From Ignavibacteria bacterium (GTDB lineage Bacteria > Bacteroidota > Ignavibacteria > Kapaibacteriales > UBA961), in assembly GCA_947491315.1 (NCBI GenBank), contig CANLII010000003.1:79443-143442 (forward strand): DNA of 64,000 nt, written 5' to 3'. A model generated the notes under the pieces. The model did not search any database and was not told where the DNA came from. It worked only from the letters and a program-made list of their open reading frames with translations. Below are positions 29,183-39,977 of the stretch, piece by piece. Position 1 is the first letter of the stretch; each line of letters opens with the position of its first letter. Position numbers and translations under genes: made by a program.

Positions 29183-29859
29183 CCGAAGTGAATCAAACAC
29201 CAAATACTGAATCAAGCATAGACATCAAAGATATAGCCATAGGAATGGTGATTGCAATCTTCATGGCATTGTTCATTCGTATCATGATTGGTGAAGTATT
29301 GCATGTTCCAAGCAATAGCATGGAACCTTCTCTTTTGATTGGTGATAATCTGCTTGTTTCAAAAATTACCTATGCGATTGGTCCTTCGGGAGATTTCATG
29401 GGAATGAAATTTCCGGATAATGTGAGAATATGGTTTTCAAATCCAAAGAAGAATGATATCGTTGTCTTCAGACCTCCCGCAAGTGCATTGCCCAAAGGAT
29501 CGGAATCTGTTTTATATGTCAAGCGCGTGATCGGTGGTCCGAGAGATGAACATCCCGTCACAGGTGATGTTATACCTGCAAAAGGAATGGTCATAGCTTC
29601 GAGTTCTATTCTTGCTTCTATGCTCAAAATGATCAAAGATCCCGGAACAGTTTCGGGGAATACATATATCGTTGGTGAGGACTATTTTTATGTCCTTGGA
29701 GACAATCGTGATCAAAGTTATGATTCACAAGATTGGGGGTTGATTCCTGCATCGTCAATTATTGGCAAAGCAGTCATGGTTTTGTGGTCGAATCAATATG
29801 ATACCATTAATCAGACCTCCGCTTTCCGTAATGCAAGATTTTTTCACTTCTGTAAGTAA
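29179..29859 (+). CDS. lepB: Signal peptidase I
   Basis: [18 protein letters not shown] (Ser box), [11 protein letters not shown] (Lys box) and [14 protein letters not shown]. The start overlaps the selD stop (ATGA). Confidence 0.88.
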   Translation: MTEVNQTPNTESSIDIKDIAIGMVIAIFMALFIRIMIGEVLHVPSNSMEPSLLIGDNLLVSKITYAIGPSGDFMGMKFPDNVRIWFSNPKKNDIVVFRPPASALPKGSESVLYVKRVIGGPRDEHPVTGDVIPAKGMVIASSSILASMLKMIKDPGTVSGNTYIVGEDYFYVLGDNRDQSYDSQDWGLIPASSIIGKAVMVLWSNQYDTINQTSAFRNARFFHFCK

Positions 29860-29865
29860 TATCGT

Positions 29866-31248
29866 ATGCAAATAGAATTTTATGGGGCCGCTCGTACGGT
29901 TACAGGTTCACAGCATCTTCTGACATTTGGTAAATATAAGATCCTCTTGGACTGTGGATTATTTCAAGGCAGAAGGTCAGAAGCCAGGGAGCTAAACAGT
30001 AAACTGCATTGGGATGCCCGTGAATTGGATGCGGTAATTTTATCTCATGCCCATATTGACCATTCAGGAAATTTGCCAACGCTCATAAAGCATGGTTTTT
30101 CCGGTTCCATTTATGCAACACCCGCAACTCGTGATCTTTGTGCGATCATGCTCATGGATAGTGCGATGATACAGATGAGAGACGCAGAACACTTGCTCAA
30201 ACATCGTGATGAACATGTCGAGCCATTATATGACATTGATGATGTTGCAAACACAATGCAATTATTCGATCCGATGGCTTATCATCATGCATTTTCTCCC
30301 GTTCCCGGGATGATAGTTACTTTTTATGATGCAGGTCATCTACTTGGATCAGCATCAGTAGTGATTGAGTGGGAAGAAGACGGAGTCAAAAAGCGCATGA
30401 TGTTCACAGGAGATGTAGGCAGAGAAAATAGACCAATTCTCAAGGATCCCGATAAAATTGGCGATGTAGATTTCATCATCAGTGAATCCACTTATGGAGG
30501 AAGACTTCATGAAGTCGAACAAGATTTGGAAAGAAGTCTTCTGTCCATCATTACCGATGTGATCAAAAGAGATGGAAAACTTCTCATTCCTGCATTCAGT
30601 GTTGGAAGAACGCAAGAATTGATTTGGTATCTGAATAATCTGTACAATCGAGGATTGCTTCCGCATATAGATGTATTCGTGGATAGTCCACTCGCAATAC
30701 GGGCAACAGATGTGTTTCGATTGCATCCGGAATGCTTTGATGCACAAACAAGATCGATGCTGTATAAAGATGACGATTTGTTTTCATTTCCCGGGATAAC
30801 CTATACGCGTGATGTGATTGCATCAAAGAGAATACATGTATCGAAGAAACCTGCAATCATCATAGCAGGTAGCGGCATGTGTGAATCAGGAAGAATACTT
30901 CATCACATGGCCCAGTATATTGAAAAGGAATCAACAACAATGCTGTTTCTGGGGTATAATGCACCTCATACACTTGGAAGAAAAATTGTTAATGGAGACA
31001 AAGAAGTCAGAATATTTGGCAACTATTTCACCGTCAATGCACATGTATATGAATTGCCGGGTCTAAGCGGTCATGCCGATCATGCGGGCATGGTGCAATA
31101 TCTGTCAGACAGAACAATATCTACAGTAAAAGAGGTATTTTTGGTGCACGGCGAACCAGAAGGACAAGAAGCATTGGCTGAATCACTCAAAAATGCAGGA
31201 TTTTCTTCCGTGAATATTCCCGAAAGAGGAACTGTCATAACCATCTGA
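29866..31248 (+). CDS. MBL-fold metallo-hydrolase of the beta-CASP (RNA-metabolising) family
   Basis: HAHIDHSGNLP (HxHxDH), DAGHLLGSA, ISESTYGGRLH, SGMCESGRILHH, LSGHADH, LVHGEP. Confidence 0.8.
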   Translation: MQIEFYGAARTVTGSQHLLTFGKYKILLDCGLFQGRRSEARELNSKLHWDARELDAVILSHAHIDHSGNLPTLIKHGFSGSIYATPATRDLCAIMLMDSAMIQMRDAEHLLKHRDEHVEPLYDIDDVANTMQLFDPMAYHHAFSPVPGMIVTFYDAGHLLGSASVVIEWEEDGVKKRMMFTGDVGRENRPILKDPDKIGDVDFIISESTYGGRLHEVEQDLERSLLSIITDVIKRDGKLLIPAFSVGRTQELIWYLNNLYNRGLLPHIDVFVDSPLAIRATDVFRLHPECFDAQTRSMLYKDDDLFSFPGITYTRDVIASKRIHVSKKPAIIIAGSGMCESGRILHHMAQYIEKESTTMLFLGYNAPHTLGRKIVNGDKEVRIFGNYFTVNAHVYELPGLSGHADHAGMVQYLSDRTISTVKEVFLVHGEPEGQEALAESLKNAGFSSVNIPERGTVITI

Positions 31249-31283
31249 TTATTCTTCATTTCAACACTTATTCTATCGTCATC

Positions 31284-32381
31284 ATGAATGCATTGACTCA
31301 ATCTGCAGAAAAGCGAATCCGTTCCATTCGCAAAGAAATGATGTCATCGAAAATCGATGCATTGTTCATAAACCATTTGCCTTCCATTCGATATCTCACC
31401 GGCTTTTCCGGATCGAGCGCAATTCTGGTCATCAAGCAAGATGATATGCACTTTGTTACGAATGATCTCTATGAAATGCAAATCAAGCAAGAGGTGTATT
31501 CGCTCAAAGGACTTATCACTCACATATCAAGAAATTCCATTGCTGAAATATCCGCTAAAAAAATCTTTGCGAAAGTGAAACATCTCGGAATCTCACCGGG
31601 AAATATGTCGCATGCCATGCACACTTCATTGATGCAAGCATTCCCGAAAGTAAAGACAATATCCTATGGTGATATCGTACAGAAAGTGATCATGACCAAA
31701 ATGCCACATGAAGTTGAGCATGTCAGATCTGCTGCTAAGATTGCCACAAAGGTATTTAATGCCATCATCAAGATGATCAAGCCGGGAATTACCGAAGCAG
31801 ATCTCGCGGCAGAGATTTCATATCTGGGAAGAAAAGCAGGTGCGGAGAAAGAGTCATTCGACATCATTGTTGTATCCGGTGAACGCAGTGCCATGCCACA
31901 TGGTAGAGCCACGAACAAGAAAATCAAAAAAGGCGATGCTATCACAATGGATTTCGGTTTCTATGTGAATGGTTTTGCCTCAGACATGACAAGATCTGTA
32001 TTTGTTGGAAAAGCAAATAGTCGACAAAAATTGGTCTATAATACGGTGCTCGAAGCATTGGAAACTGCAAATGCCGCCGCAAAAGCAGGTATTGATTGCA
32101 AAAAACTCGATGGTATCGCGAGATCAATCATAGAAAAGGCAGGGTTTGGTGAGTATTTCCGCCATTCACTCGGACATGGACTCGGCATTGAAGTACATGA
32201 ATCACCAAGAGTATCTCGTGAGGCAGTTGGAGAAAAAGTACCAAATGGCTCCATTATCACAATAGAACCAGGAATTTATCTTCCCGGAGAATTCGGAATT
32301 CGCATAGAAGATGACTTGCATATAGTAGGAAAAGGCGCCGAAGTGTTAACTTTGGCCTCAAAACAACTCCTTGAATTGTAA
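31284..32381 (+). CDS. M24 family Xaa-Pro aminopeptidase / dipeptidase
   Basis: Creatinase-like N-terminal domain followed by pita-bread fold motifs DFGFYVNGFASDMTRS, HSLGHGLGIEVHESP, TIEPGIY and IRIEDD. Confidence 0.85.
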   Translation: MNALTQSAEKRIRSIRKEMMSSKIDALFINHLPSIRYLTGFSGSSAILVIKQDDMHFVTNDLYEMQIKQEVYSLKGLITHISRNSIAEISAKKIFAKVKHLGISPGNMSHAMHTSLMQAFPKVKTISYGDIVQKVIMTKMPHEVEHVRSAAKIATKVFNAIIKMIKPGITEADLAAEISYLGRKAGAEKESFDIIVVSGERSAMPHGRATNKKIKKGDAITMDFGFYVNGFASDMTRSVFVGKANSRQKLVYNTVLEALETANAAAKAGIDCKKLDGIARSIIEKAGFGEYFRHSLGHGLGIEVHESPRVSREAVGEKVPNGSIITIEPGIYLPGEFGIRIEDDLHIVGKGAEVLTLASKQLLEL

Positions 32382-32471
32382 AGAGTTTATGCTTAGAGAT
32401 GCAATCTTGACAATGAATATTCGTTGATGTTTGGCTGAAAAAACAAGTTTTTTGTATAAAAATCGGAGTAG

Positions 32472-34526
32472 ATGCAAATCATGAGAAGAGTTCTCTCATT
32501 GTTGATGATGATAAGTTTTGGACTTTTATTCATCACTAACTTCACGCAAGCCCAGAAATCCAAAGCCCCCAAAAAAGCTATAAAAGAGCCCGCTAAAAAA
32601 AATCCTGTGGTGATGCAAATCGGGCCTGAGACTGTTACATTTTCAGGTCTCGAGCAAGCTTATAAGCGTAATATGAATCGTAAGAGTATCAATTTGTCTG
32701 AAGTGAAAAAAGACAGTGTTCTTGATTTTGTTCGATTATACACCAATTACCGGTTAAAAGTATTGGATGCTTTTGGTCGTAAATTAGATCAAGATTCTAC
32801 AGTTAAAGCTGACATAGAGCAGAACAGAAAACTTCTTGCGGATAATTATCTCTATGAAAAGAAAATTGTCGAAGCGACAATAGATCAAATGTTGTTAAGA
32901 AGAAAAAGAGAATTGCAGGTTGCGATCATCTTTGTCGAGCGCCCTGTTGATACAGTAAAGTCTTGGCAAAAAGCCGAAAGATTATTGTCAATCGTAAAGG
33001 CAGGTGCAGACTTTGAGCGTATCGCTCGCGATTCATCTGAAGATCGTGAAACCGGAAATAAGGGCGGACTTCTTCCTTATATCACAAGCGGTAGAATTTT
33101 GCGTGCGGTTGAAGATGCGGCTTATGCAACTCCTGCGGGTCAAGTGCATCCATCTATCATCATTGGTCGAGGTGGATATTTCATTGTCAAAACCCTCAAA
33201 AATGAATCTCGTATAAAAGTAAAGGCAAGTCATATTCTTAGCTTTATGTCTTCATCTGAAGATTCACTCAAAGCCTCTGCAAAAGCGGATAGTATGCTTG
33301 CGCTCATCAAATCCGGTACAAGTTTCGGAGCTCTTGCAAAAGAGAATTCCGATGATGCATCAAGCAAAGAAAAATCCGGCTCGCTCGGTGGTTGGTATAC
33401 TCGTTCCAAAGGAATGGAAGGCGGTTCCGGTGATGTTTTACATCCTTCTTTTGAGTCGGCTTTATATACATTGAAAGATGGCGAGATATCCGGCAAAGTA
33501 TGGACTGATTATGGCGTTCACATCATCAAAAGAGATTCAACAAAAGAAATCGATTTGGATGAAGACCGCGATGCACTTAAAAAAGAATATAAGAGAATTT
33601 ATTTCGAAGAAGATAAACGCCGTTTTCTTGACTCTTTGAAAACATCACTTGGCTGGGGAATCGATCTGGCTTCACTAAAGCAATTGACTTCAATGTCCGA
33701 TACCATGAAAATCATGGCTGATACAAATGCATTCAAAAAAGTGCTATCTGATATCAAGTCATTGCCATTATACAATGTGAAAGATCAAGGAATTATCACT
33801 ATTGGTAATTTCTTGGATAGTGTCAAAAAACAAGAGTATAGAACAATCACTGCAAATACACTCGGTATCACGAGAGCTTTGGACAAAATGACTGATCCAA
33901 AGTGCTTGAAACTTGCAACTGCACCGCTGGAAAAAGAATATCCAGAATTCGGCGCTTTGATGCGTGAATTCAGAGATGGCATTTTACTCTTTAAAGTTGA
34001 AGAACAAGAAGTATGGAGCAAATTGAAATTTGATTCATCCTCCGCAAGAAGCTATTGGGATACCACAAAAACAAAGTATAAAACTGATGTGAAATATGAT
34101 ATTAGTGAGATTTATGTCACTTCGGATTCAACTGCAAAGAGATTGCGCGAAAGATTGAATGCAGGTGAATCATTTGAGACACTTGCTTCCCAATTCACGG
34201 AAAGACCTGGTTTCAAAGAGAAGAAGGGTCGCTATTCTCCGCAATCAGTCAAAGAAAGCAAGTTGGCTACTTTGATCGAAAAGCAGAAAACTATAGCTGG
34301 TGGAATTATTGGACCGGAACAATTCGAAAGAGGATATGTGCTTCTCCTCGTGAATGAAATTGTACAACCTCGTGAAAAGAAATTTGAAGAAGCGATTCCA
34401 GATTTTGCTCCAGCCTTTCAGGACATGGTACAGAAAAAACTAACGGAAGATTGGTTAACCAGAATCAAAACACAGTATCCTGTAACGATACAGAATAAAG
34501 TGCTTGAATCAATGTTGAAGAAGTAA
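32472..34526 (+). CDS. Periplasmic peptidyl-prolyl isomerase / chaperone with several parvulin-like domains (PpiD/SurA-like)
   Basis: Signal/anchor LSLLMMISFGLLFITNFTQA. Parvulin-like blocks ADFERIARDSSEDRETGNKGGLLPY...GGYFIVK and ASHIL...FGALAKENSDD...SGSLGGWY...YGVHIIK. The start could also be ATG 32481. Confidence 0.75.
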   Translation: MQIMRRVLSLLMMISFGLLFITNFTQAQKSKAPKKAIKEPAKKNPVVMQIGPETVTFSGLEQAYKRNMNRKSINLSEVKKDSVLDFVRLYTNYRLKVLDAFGRKLDQDSTVKADIEQNRKLLADNYLYEKKIVEATIDQMLLRRKRELQVAIIFVERPVDTVKSWQKAERLLSIVKAGADFERIARDSSEDRETGNKGGLLPYITSGRILRAVEDAAYATPAGQVHPSIIIGRGGYFIVKTLKNESRIKVKASHILSFMSSSEDSLKASAKADSMLALIKSGTSFGALAKENSDDASSKEKSGSLGGWYTRSKGMEGGSGDVLHPSFESALYTLKDGEISGKVWTDYGVHIIKRDSTKEIDLDEDRDALKKEYKRIYFEEDKRRFLDSLKTSLGWGIDLASLKQLTSMSDTMKIMADTNAFKKVLSDIKSLPLYNVKDQGIITIGNFLDSVKKQEYRTITANTLGITRALDKMTDPKCLKLATAPLEKEYPEFGALMREFRDGILLFKVEEQEVWSKLKFDSSSARSYWDTTKTKYKTDVKYDISEIYVTSDSTAKRLRERLNAGESFETLASQFTERPGFKEKKGRYSPQSVKESKLATLIEKQKTIAGGIIGPEQFERGYVLLLVNEIVQPREKKFEEAIPDFAPAFQDMVQKKLTEDWLTRIKTQYPVTIQNKVLESMLKK

Positions 34527-34534
34527 TTCAAATT

Positions 34535-34562
34535 AAGCCCGGCATGAGTCGGGCTTCTTCTC
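34535..34562 (+). terminator. Terminator-like hairpin (weak T tract)
   Basis: aagcccg (34535-41) / cgggctt (34550-56) with an 8-nt loop, followed by cttctctt. Confidence 0.4.
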
Positions 34563-34568
34563 TTGGAA

Positions 34569-35858
34569 ATGTTCATGCTGAAATATGTTGTCTTTAGTAT
34601 CATAACTGTTCTTTCCGCATATTCTCTATATGCTCAGCAATCTCAAGTGCTTGATAAGATCATTGCCACTGTGGGCAGAGAAATCGTGTTGCAATCGGAT
34701 GTAGAGGGAAGAATCGCAATGTTTTTGCAACAAAATCCCAAAGTGAATCCAAGTGATCCTGAATTGAGAAAACAAGTTCTTGAATCACTCATCAATGAAC
34801 GATTGATGGTTACCAAGGCAGTGGAAGACAGCATTGCTGTTATGGATGAAGAAATAAATCAGAGTCTTGATTTCATGATGCAGAATCTTATGCAAACATA
34901 TGGTTCTGAAAAAAGGGTCGAAGACTTATATGGCATGTCAGTTTCTCGCATCAGAAAAAATTACCGAGAAGAAGTTCGTAAACAACTATTGGTTGAACGC
35001 CTCCAACAACAGAAGTTCATGGGCGTAAAGTGCACAAACCGTGAAGTTGAAGACTTCTACAATCAATATCGAGATTCAATCCGTGCAATTCCTGCTTCCG
35101 TTGAATTGGCTCATATCGTGAAACATATCAAACCAAGTGCGGATGCCAAAGAAGAAGTAAAACGATTGGCATTGAAAATCAGAGATTCCATTGCGAAAGG
35201 AATTGATTTTGCAGAACTCGCTAAAAGACATAGCGGTGATCCCGGTTCAGCAAGTACAGGTGGAGATTTAGGCTGGGTTGACAAAGGAAAATTCGTGGCT
35301 GAATATGAAAGAGCCGCATATGAATTACAATCGGATGAAACTTCACAGCCAATTGAAAGTCCATTCGGTTTTCACATAATCCAAACGATTGAAAAGAGAA
35401 AGGATGCTTCGCATACCAGACACATTCTATTGAAGCTTGGCGGTTCCGCTGATGATAAAAACAGAGTCGAAAAAATCTTGAATGAATTGAAAGAAAAAGT
35501 GGAAAAGAGTGAATCATTCGAGGATCTTGCCAAACAATATTCAGATGAAAAGGAAACGCAAGGGTTCGGTGGTTCGATGGGTGTGATTGAACTAAACAGA
35601 CTTCCTGCTGATTTAAAGTCTATTGTTGAAACCTTGCCTGTTGGCGGAGTGTCTCAACCATTGCCATATATGGCAGATCCAACAAAGCCATCACTGCATA
35701 TCATTCTCAAAAAGAAGAACATCGCCGAACATACTCCTACTCTAAGTTCTGATTTTAAGAAAATTGAACAGATGGCCCTTCAGCAAAAGCAAGCGAAATT
35801 GATGGAATCATTCTTGAAAGAATTACGAATTGCAATTCCTGTGCAGGTGACGGAATGA
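34569..35858 (+). CDS. SurA-like periplasmic chaperone / parvulin-type PPIase
   Basis: The ORF runs from TTG 34563, with ATG at 34569 and 34575. Signal peptide LKYVVFSIITVLSAYSLYAQQ. SurA N-domain-like DKIIATVGREIVLQSDV. Parvulin FAELAKRHSGDPGSASTGGDLGWVDKG...PFGFHIIQ. Confidence 0.8.
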   Translation: MFMLKYVVFSIITVLSAYSLYAQQSQVLDKIIATVGREIVLQSDVEGRIAMFLQQNPKVNPSDPELRKQVLESLINERLMVTKAVEDSIAVMDEEINQSLDFMMQNLMQTYGSEKRVEDLYGMSVSRIRKNYREEVRKQLLVERLQQQKFMGVKCTNREVEDFYNQYRDSIRAIPASVELAHIVKHIKPSADAKEEVKRLALKIRDSIAKGIDFAELAKRHSGDPGSASTGGDLGWVDKGKFVAEYERAAYELQSDETSQPIESPFGFHIIQTIEKRKDASHTRHILLKLGGSADDKNRVEKILNELKEKVEKSESFEDLAKQYSDEKETQGFGGSMGVIELNRLPADLKSIVETLPVGGVSQPLPYMADPTKPSLHIILKKKNIAEHTPTLSSDFKKIEQMALQQKQAKLMESFLKELRIAIPVQVTE

Positions 35859-36625
35859 TGAAAATCATCAGCTGGAATGTCAATGGTATTCGCGCTTCCA
35901 TAAAAAAAGGTTTAGCCGATTATGTGATCAATGAACAACCCGATATTTTCTGTGTTCAAGAAACCAAAGCTGAAAGAGAACAGGTACCAACAGATGTATG
36001 GCCACCGCCGGGATATAGAGATTTTTATCATTCTTGTTCTGTAAGAGGTGGATATAGTGGTGTGGCAACTTTCACCAAATCTGAACCCATTCATGTAAAT
36101 CGTACTATTGACATTGAGCGATTTGATCAAGAAGGCAGAGTGATGCAGACTGACTTTGAACAGTTCACTTTGCTTAATGTATACTTTCCGAATGGTGGAG
36201 CGCGCGATGAGAGACTGCTGTATAAATTAGATTTTTATGATGCTTTCTTTGAATATTGCGAAGGTCTACGAGCTCAAGGCAAAAAGCTCATCATCTGTGG
36301 GGATTATAATACCGCTCATCATCCAATAGATTTGGCAAGGCCAAATGAAAATAAAAAGACTTCAGGTTTTATGGATGTTGAAAGAGTAAAGCTTGACCAC
36401 ATTCAAGAACTCGGATATGTTGATACATTTCGATTATTCAATCAAGAGCCAGAGCATTATACATGGTGGGATGTGAAGACAAGATCACGCGATAGAAATA
36501 TTGGCTGGCGTATAGATTATCATTGGGTGACTCAAGACTTGGTTCCAAATGTAGTCAATGCATATCATCAGCCTGATCAACATGGATCTGATCACTGTCC
36601 TGTCGTTCTGGAACTCTCCTTCTAA
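35855..36625 (+). CDS. xth: Exodeoxyribonuclease III
   Basis: MKIISWNVNGIRA, CVQETK, LNVYFPNG, ICGDYNTAHHPIDL, GWRIDY, GSDHCPV. Confidence 0.92.
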   Translation: MMKIISWNVNGIRASIKKGLADYVINEQPDIFCVQETKAEREQVPTDVWPPPGYRDFYHSCSVRGGYSGVATFTKSEPIHVNRTIDIERFDQEGRVMQTDFEQFTLLNVYFPNGGARDERLLYKLDFYDAFFEYCEGLRAQGKKLIICGDYNTAHHPIDLARPNENKKTSGFMDVERVKLDHIQELGYVDTFRLFNQEPEHYTWWDVKTRSRDRNIGWRIDYHWVTQDLVPNVVNAYHQPDQHGSDHCPVVLELSF

Positions 36626-36633
36626 TTACCTGC

Positions 36634-37824
36634 ATGAACTATAGTGATTTGTTTATAGCGCATTTTCCTGCAATCATACATACGGTTCAGGATTTGCTTG
36701 TATCCACAGATTACAAAATCACCCCGAATATCATTCAACAGACTAGATCAAAATTCCCACAATTCAATCATGAACTGATATCTAAAATATTGGATATTGC
36801 TTTGTCCACCCACCGTGCGCATATATCATCTCAATATGCATCCATCATGCCTTGGTATTTCACCGAGCAAACATTGATACAAAGTAGTGAGCCAGCATTT
36901 GCACATCATGTCATCAATAGACTTGATTGCAGAAATCACAGGTTCATAGAAATTTGTACGGGATCTGGAATGCATACTTTCTCGGCAATCATGAATGGCG
37001 CATATCAAGTGATTACTCATGAACTAGATGAGTTCATCGCTTCTCTTGCAAAGATGAACTGCATGCAACATGGTAAGGAAATCAACCCACTATGCATCAA
37101 TGGTTCGGAAGCGGAAATTACATCAACTGATATTTTTTGGGCAGATCCTTCACGCCGTAAATCAGGGATAGAAAGAAAATCACTGACCGGCATGTATTCT
37201 CCGAATCTTCATCAACTGATTGACATGGCCGGACAAGCCAAAAGAGGTGGAATTAAAATAGCACCCGGTGAAAGAATCGAGGGTGAATTCACAAGAGAAT
37301 TTCTTGGATTTGGAAGGGAGTGTCGAGAACAAATCTTGTGGTTCAATGTGGATGTAATTGATGGCACAGTTACATTGATTGATAAACAAAAAACATTCAT
37401 TCCAAAAGCGAAAGGAACATTGCCTGAAATCGCTGATATGAAATCGCCGCAGACTTATGCATACTTATTAGAACCTCATTCTGCACTCATTCGAGGTGAT
37501 CTCACATCAATGTATGTAGAGAATGACATTGCCGTGATCGATAGATCCATTGCATATGGAATGACCAATCGCGTGCATGATGCGGATTGGTTTGTACATT
37601 TTAGCATTCTACATCAAGAGAAGTATTCTCGGCGACGCTTACAGGAATGTATCAATGAATTCAAGTGGAATAGATTAACGGAAATCAAGAAACGAGGTTT
37701 TCCGATTGAGCCCGACACACTTCGAAAACAAATCAAATTTGTAGATAATGCAGAGCAGCATGGAGTGATTATTCTAACACGACATGAGAATGATCATCAT
37801 ATGTTTTTCTGCAAAAGAATATGA
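36634..37824 (+). CDS. Class I SAM-dependent methyltransferase (family with a C-terminal THUMP-like extension, tentative)
   Basis: Motif I FIEICTGSGMHTFSAIMNGA, then FWADPSRR and IKIAPG. The family assignment is from memory of DPxRR-type methyltransferases. Confidence 0.55.
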   Translation: MNYSDLFIAHFPAIIHTVQDLLVSTDYKITPNIIQQTRSKFPQFNHELISKILDIALSTHRAHISSQYASIMPWYFTEQTLIQSSEPAFAHHVINRLDCRNHRFIEICTGSGMHTFSAIMNGAYQVITHELDEFIASLAKMNCMQHGKEINPLCINGSEAEITSTDIFWADPSRRKSGIERKSLTGMYSPNLHQLIDMAGQAKRGGIKIAPGERIEGEFTREFLGFGRECREQILWFNVDVIDGTVTLIDKQKTFIPKAKGTLPEIADMKSPQTYAYLLEPHSALIRGDLTSMYVENDIAVIDRSIAYGMTNRVHDADWFVHFSILHQEKYSRRRLQECINEFKWNRLTEIKKRGFPIEPDTLRKQIKFVDNAEQHGVIILTRHENDHHMFFCKRI

Positions 37825-39141
37825 TCAATCTTTTGTGGCATACAGTTTGTCTTTGTCGACTTTCAATGTCACCGACTCAACTTTTCGACTATTCGATTGA
37901 TCAATAAAGCAAATGTATACCGGGGGTAAATTGACACGAGTATAGCGTCCTGGAATTCTTCCGGAAATATGATTGATCATTCCACCAACGGTTTGATATT
38001 CATCAGATTCGGGAAATGGATAGGGGAGGAATTCATTCACATCAGCAATTGAAGCATCCGCCGAAATGGTCCATTCCTCTGGACTTTTAGACTCCACAAT
38101 AGGTTTTTCTTCATCATACTCATCTTGAATATCACCAACAAGTTCTTCCATGATGTCTTCTAAGGTTACCAAACCCGAAGTTCCACCAAATTCATCAAGA
38201 ACAACCGCTATGTGAAATTTCTGCTTTTGCATCTTTGTGAGAAGAGAATGAATCTTGTCTGATTCTTGGATGAATGATACTGGTCTGACAATGTCCTGTA
38301 AAATGATTAAATCACTGAAGGACATCATGGTTAGAATATCTTTTGCATAAACAATACCAATGATATTATCTAAAGTCTCCTGATATACCGGCATGCGAGA
38401 ATAGCCTTGTTCAATCACAGTTTCAACAATCGAATCTGTTGTCATGTGTATTTCAAGTCCAATGATCTTTCCTCTTGGGATCATGATTTCCGATGCGGTT
38501 GTCTTTTGGAACACAAATACATTCTCAATCATCTCTTGCTCATTCATTTCAATCATTCCACTCTTGGAACTTTCCTCAAATAGATAACGCAATTCTTCTG
38601 CGCTGTGCAAATCTTGTTCTTTTACAGATTCAATTCCAATCAATGAAAGCAAGAGATTTGCAACGCTGTTAAGCGCCCAAATAAATGGTCTAAACAAAAG
38701 GTAGAATGCCTTCAGTGGAATTGACACAGCCAATGCAACTGCCTCAGATCTTTGAATCGCAAGGGATTTTGGAGCAAGCTCGCCAAGTACGATATGGAGG
38801 AAAGTAATGATGATGAAAGCAATTGGAAGAGCAATGCTATGTGCCAATTCAGGATTGGGATTATATCCCATTGAAGACATTGCGGAAATCACAAGATCTG
38901 AGACTACGCTTTCGCCTATCCATCCGAGTGCAAGACTTGCAAGTGTGATTCCCAATTGCGTAGCCGAAAGATATGCATCTAGATGTTCAACAATATTCTT
39001 CGCAATTTTTGCAAGAAAACTTCCAGAGCGTAATCTGATTTCAATCTGTGAAAGACGAACTTTCACAATTGCAAACTCTGCGGCAACAAAGAAGCCGTTC
39101 AGAAATACAAGGAACAATGTTAGGATAATATCAGTAATCAT
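37825..39141 (-). CDS. CNNM/TlyC-family protein (DUF21 - CBS pair - CorC/HlyC domain)
   Basis: N-terminal 4-TM DUF21 domain (NGFFVAAEFAIVKVR), a CBS-pair region, and a C-terminal transporter-associated domain (EDIMEELVGDIQDEYD...). Confidence 0.85.
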   Translation of the reverse strand: MITDIILTLFLVFLNGFFVAAEFAIVKVRLSQIEIRLRSGSFLAKIAKNIVEHLDAYLSATQLGITLASLALGWIGESVVSDLVISAMSSMGYNPNPELAHSIALPIAFIIITFLHIVLGELAPKSLAIQRSEAVALAVSIPLKAFYLLFRPFIWALNSVANLLLSLIGIESVKEQDLHSAEELRYLFEESSKSGMIEMNEQEMIENVFVFQKTTASEIMIPRGKIIGLEIHMTTDSIVETVIEQGYSRMPVYQETLDNIIGIVYAKDILTMMSFSDLIILQDIVRPVSFIQESDKIHSLLTKMQKQKFHIAVVLDEFGGTSGLVTLEDIMEELVGDIQDEYDEEKPIVESKSPEEWTISADASIADVNEFLPYPFPESDEYQTVGGMINHISGRIPGRYTRVNLPPVYICFIDQSNSRKVESVTLKVDKDKLYATKD

Positions 39142-39150
39142 AGTGCTTCA

Positions 39151-39912
39151 TTAAGTGGAAATCCCCGGTGGATATGTATTCCAGCGATACGATTTATGGC
39201 TGTGTAATGAAAAATACCGCTGAAAGAGATCAATCAAAACAATTTGATCCTGAAGTGAGCATTGGATAGAGACTTGATCAAATGAGCTGTCATCCATTGC
39301 TTGCAAGATACCGACTGCCGATGAATTCAACAAGATACAATCTCTATCGGATAGATTCACGGCATCACTTACACAGCCACCGTGCATGAAAGAAAAAAGA
39401 ATTTGTTCTTCCTGTATTTCAATGATCTCTCCGGTGATCGGACAAGATTTCAAATGCATGCCGAAGCCCATTGCTTGAGCTAATTTCAAGAGGAAAAGCA
39501 AAGTTATGATATATGGTGAATGAGGACACTGCTTATTATTGAGAGCATTCAATGCTTTTATTGAAATGTCAAATATTAACGGATTTGCCTCTTCAACTTC
39601 TTGTGTTACCGATAATATCTCTACAATGCCCATTGCGGACATCAGTACTTCATAATCCGAAGTGATATAATGGAGTGGAATAGCAATTTCAGCGGATTTT
39701 AAGAGATGTAGGTCTTTATTCGGATACTTATACCAAGTTATTGAACTACAACGCAATGCTTCAATTGCGCTGCCCATGGTATTCTTGGCACTTCGAACCC
39801 CTTTTGCAATCAATGAAATTTTCCCATGCTCTTTTGTATAAGCATGAAGAATTTTGCTCGTATCGCTAAATTTTCTTCCATGCAGTATGATTGCACTGTC
39901 AGTGATAATCAT
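39151..39912 (-). CDS. recO: DNA repair protein RecO
   Basis: MIITDSAIILHGRKFSDTSKILHAYTKEHGKISLIAKGVRS (OB-fold N-terminus typical of RecO). The size of 253 aa fits. Confidence 0.8.
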   Translation of the reverse strand: MIITDSAIILHGRKFSDTSKILHAYTKEHGKISLIAKGVRSAKNTMGSAIEALRCSSITWYKYPNKDLHLLKSAEIAIPLHYITSDYEVLMSAMGIVEILSVTQEVEEANPLIFDISIKALNALNNKQCPHSPYIITLLFLLKLAQAMGFGMHLKSCPITGEIIEIQEEQILFSFMHGGCVSDAVNLSDRDCILLNSSAVGILQAMDDSSFDQVSIQCSLQDQIVLIDLFQRYFSLHSHKSYRWNTYPPGIST

Positions 39913-39977
39913 ATATATCTGAATGTGAATTTTATTACAAAATACGCCATTAGTGAGAAAAAGTCTAATTTTGTTCT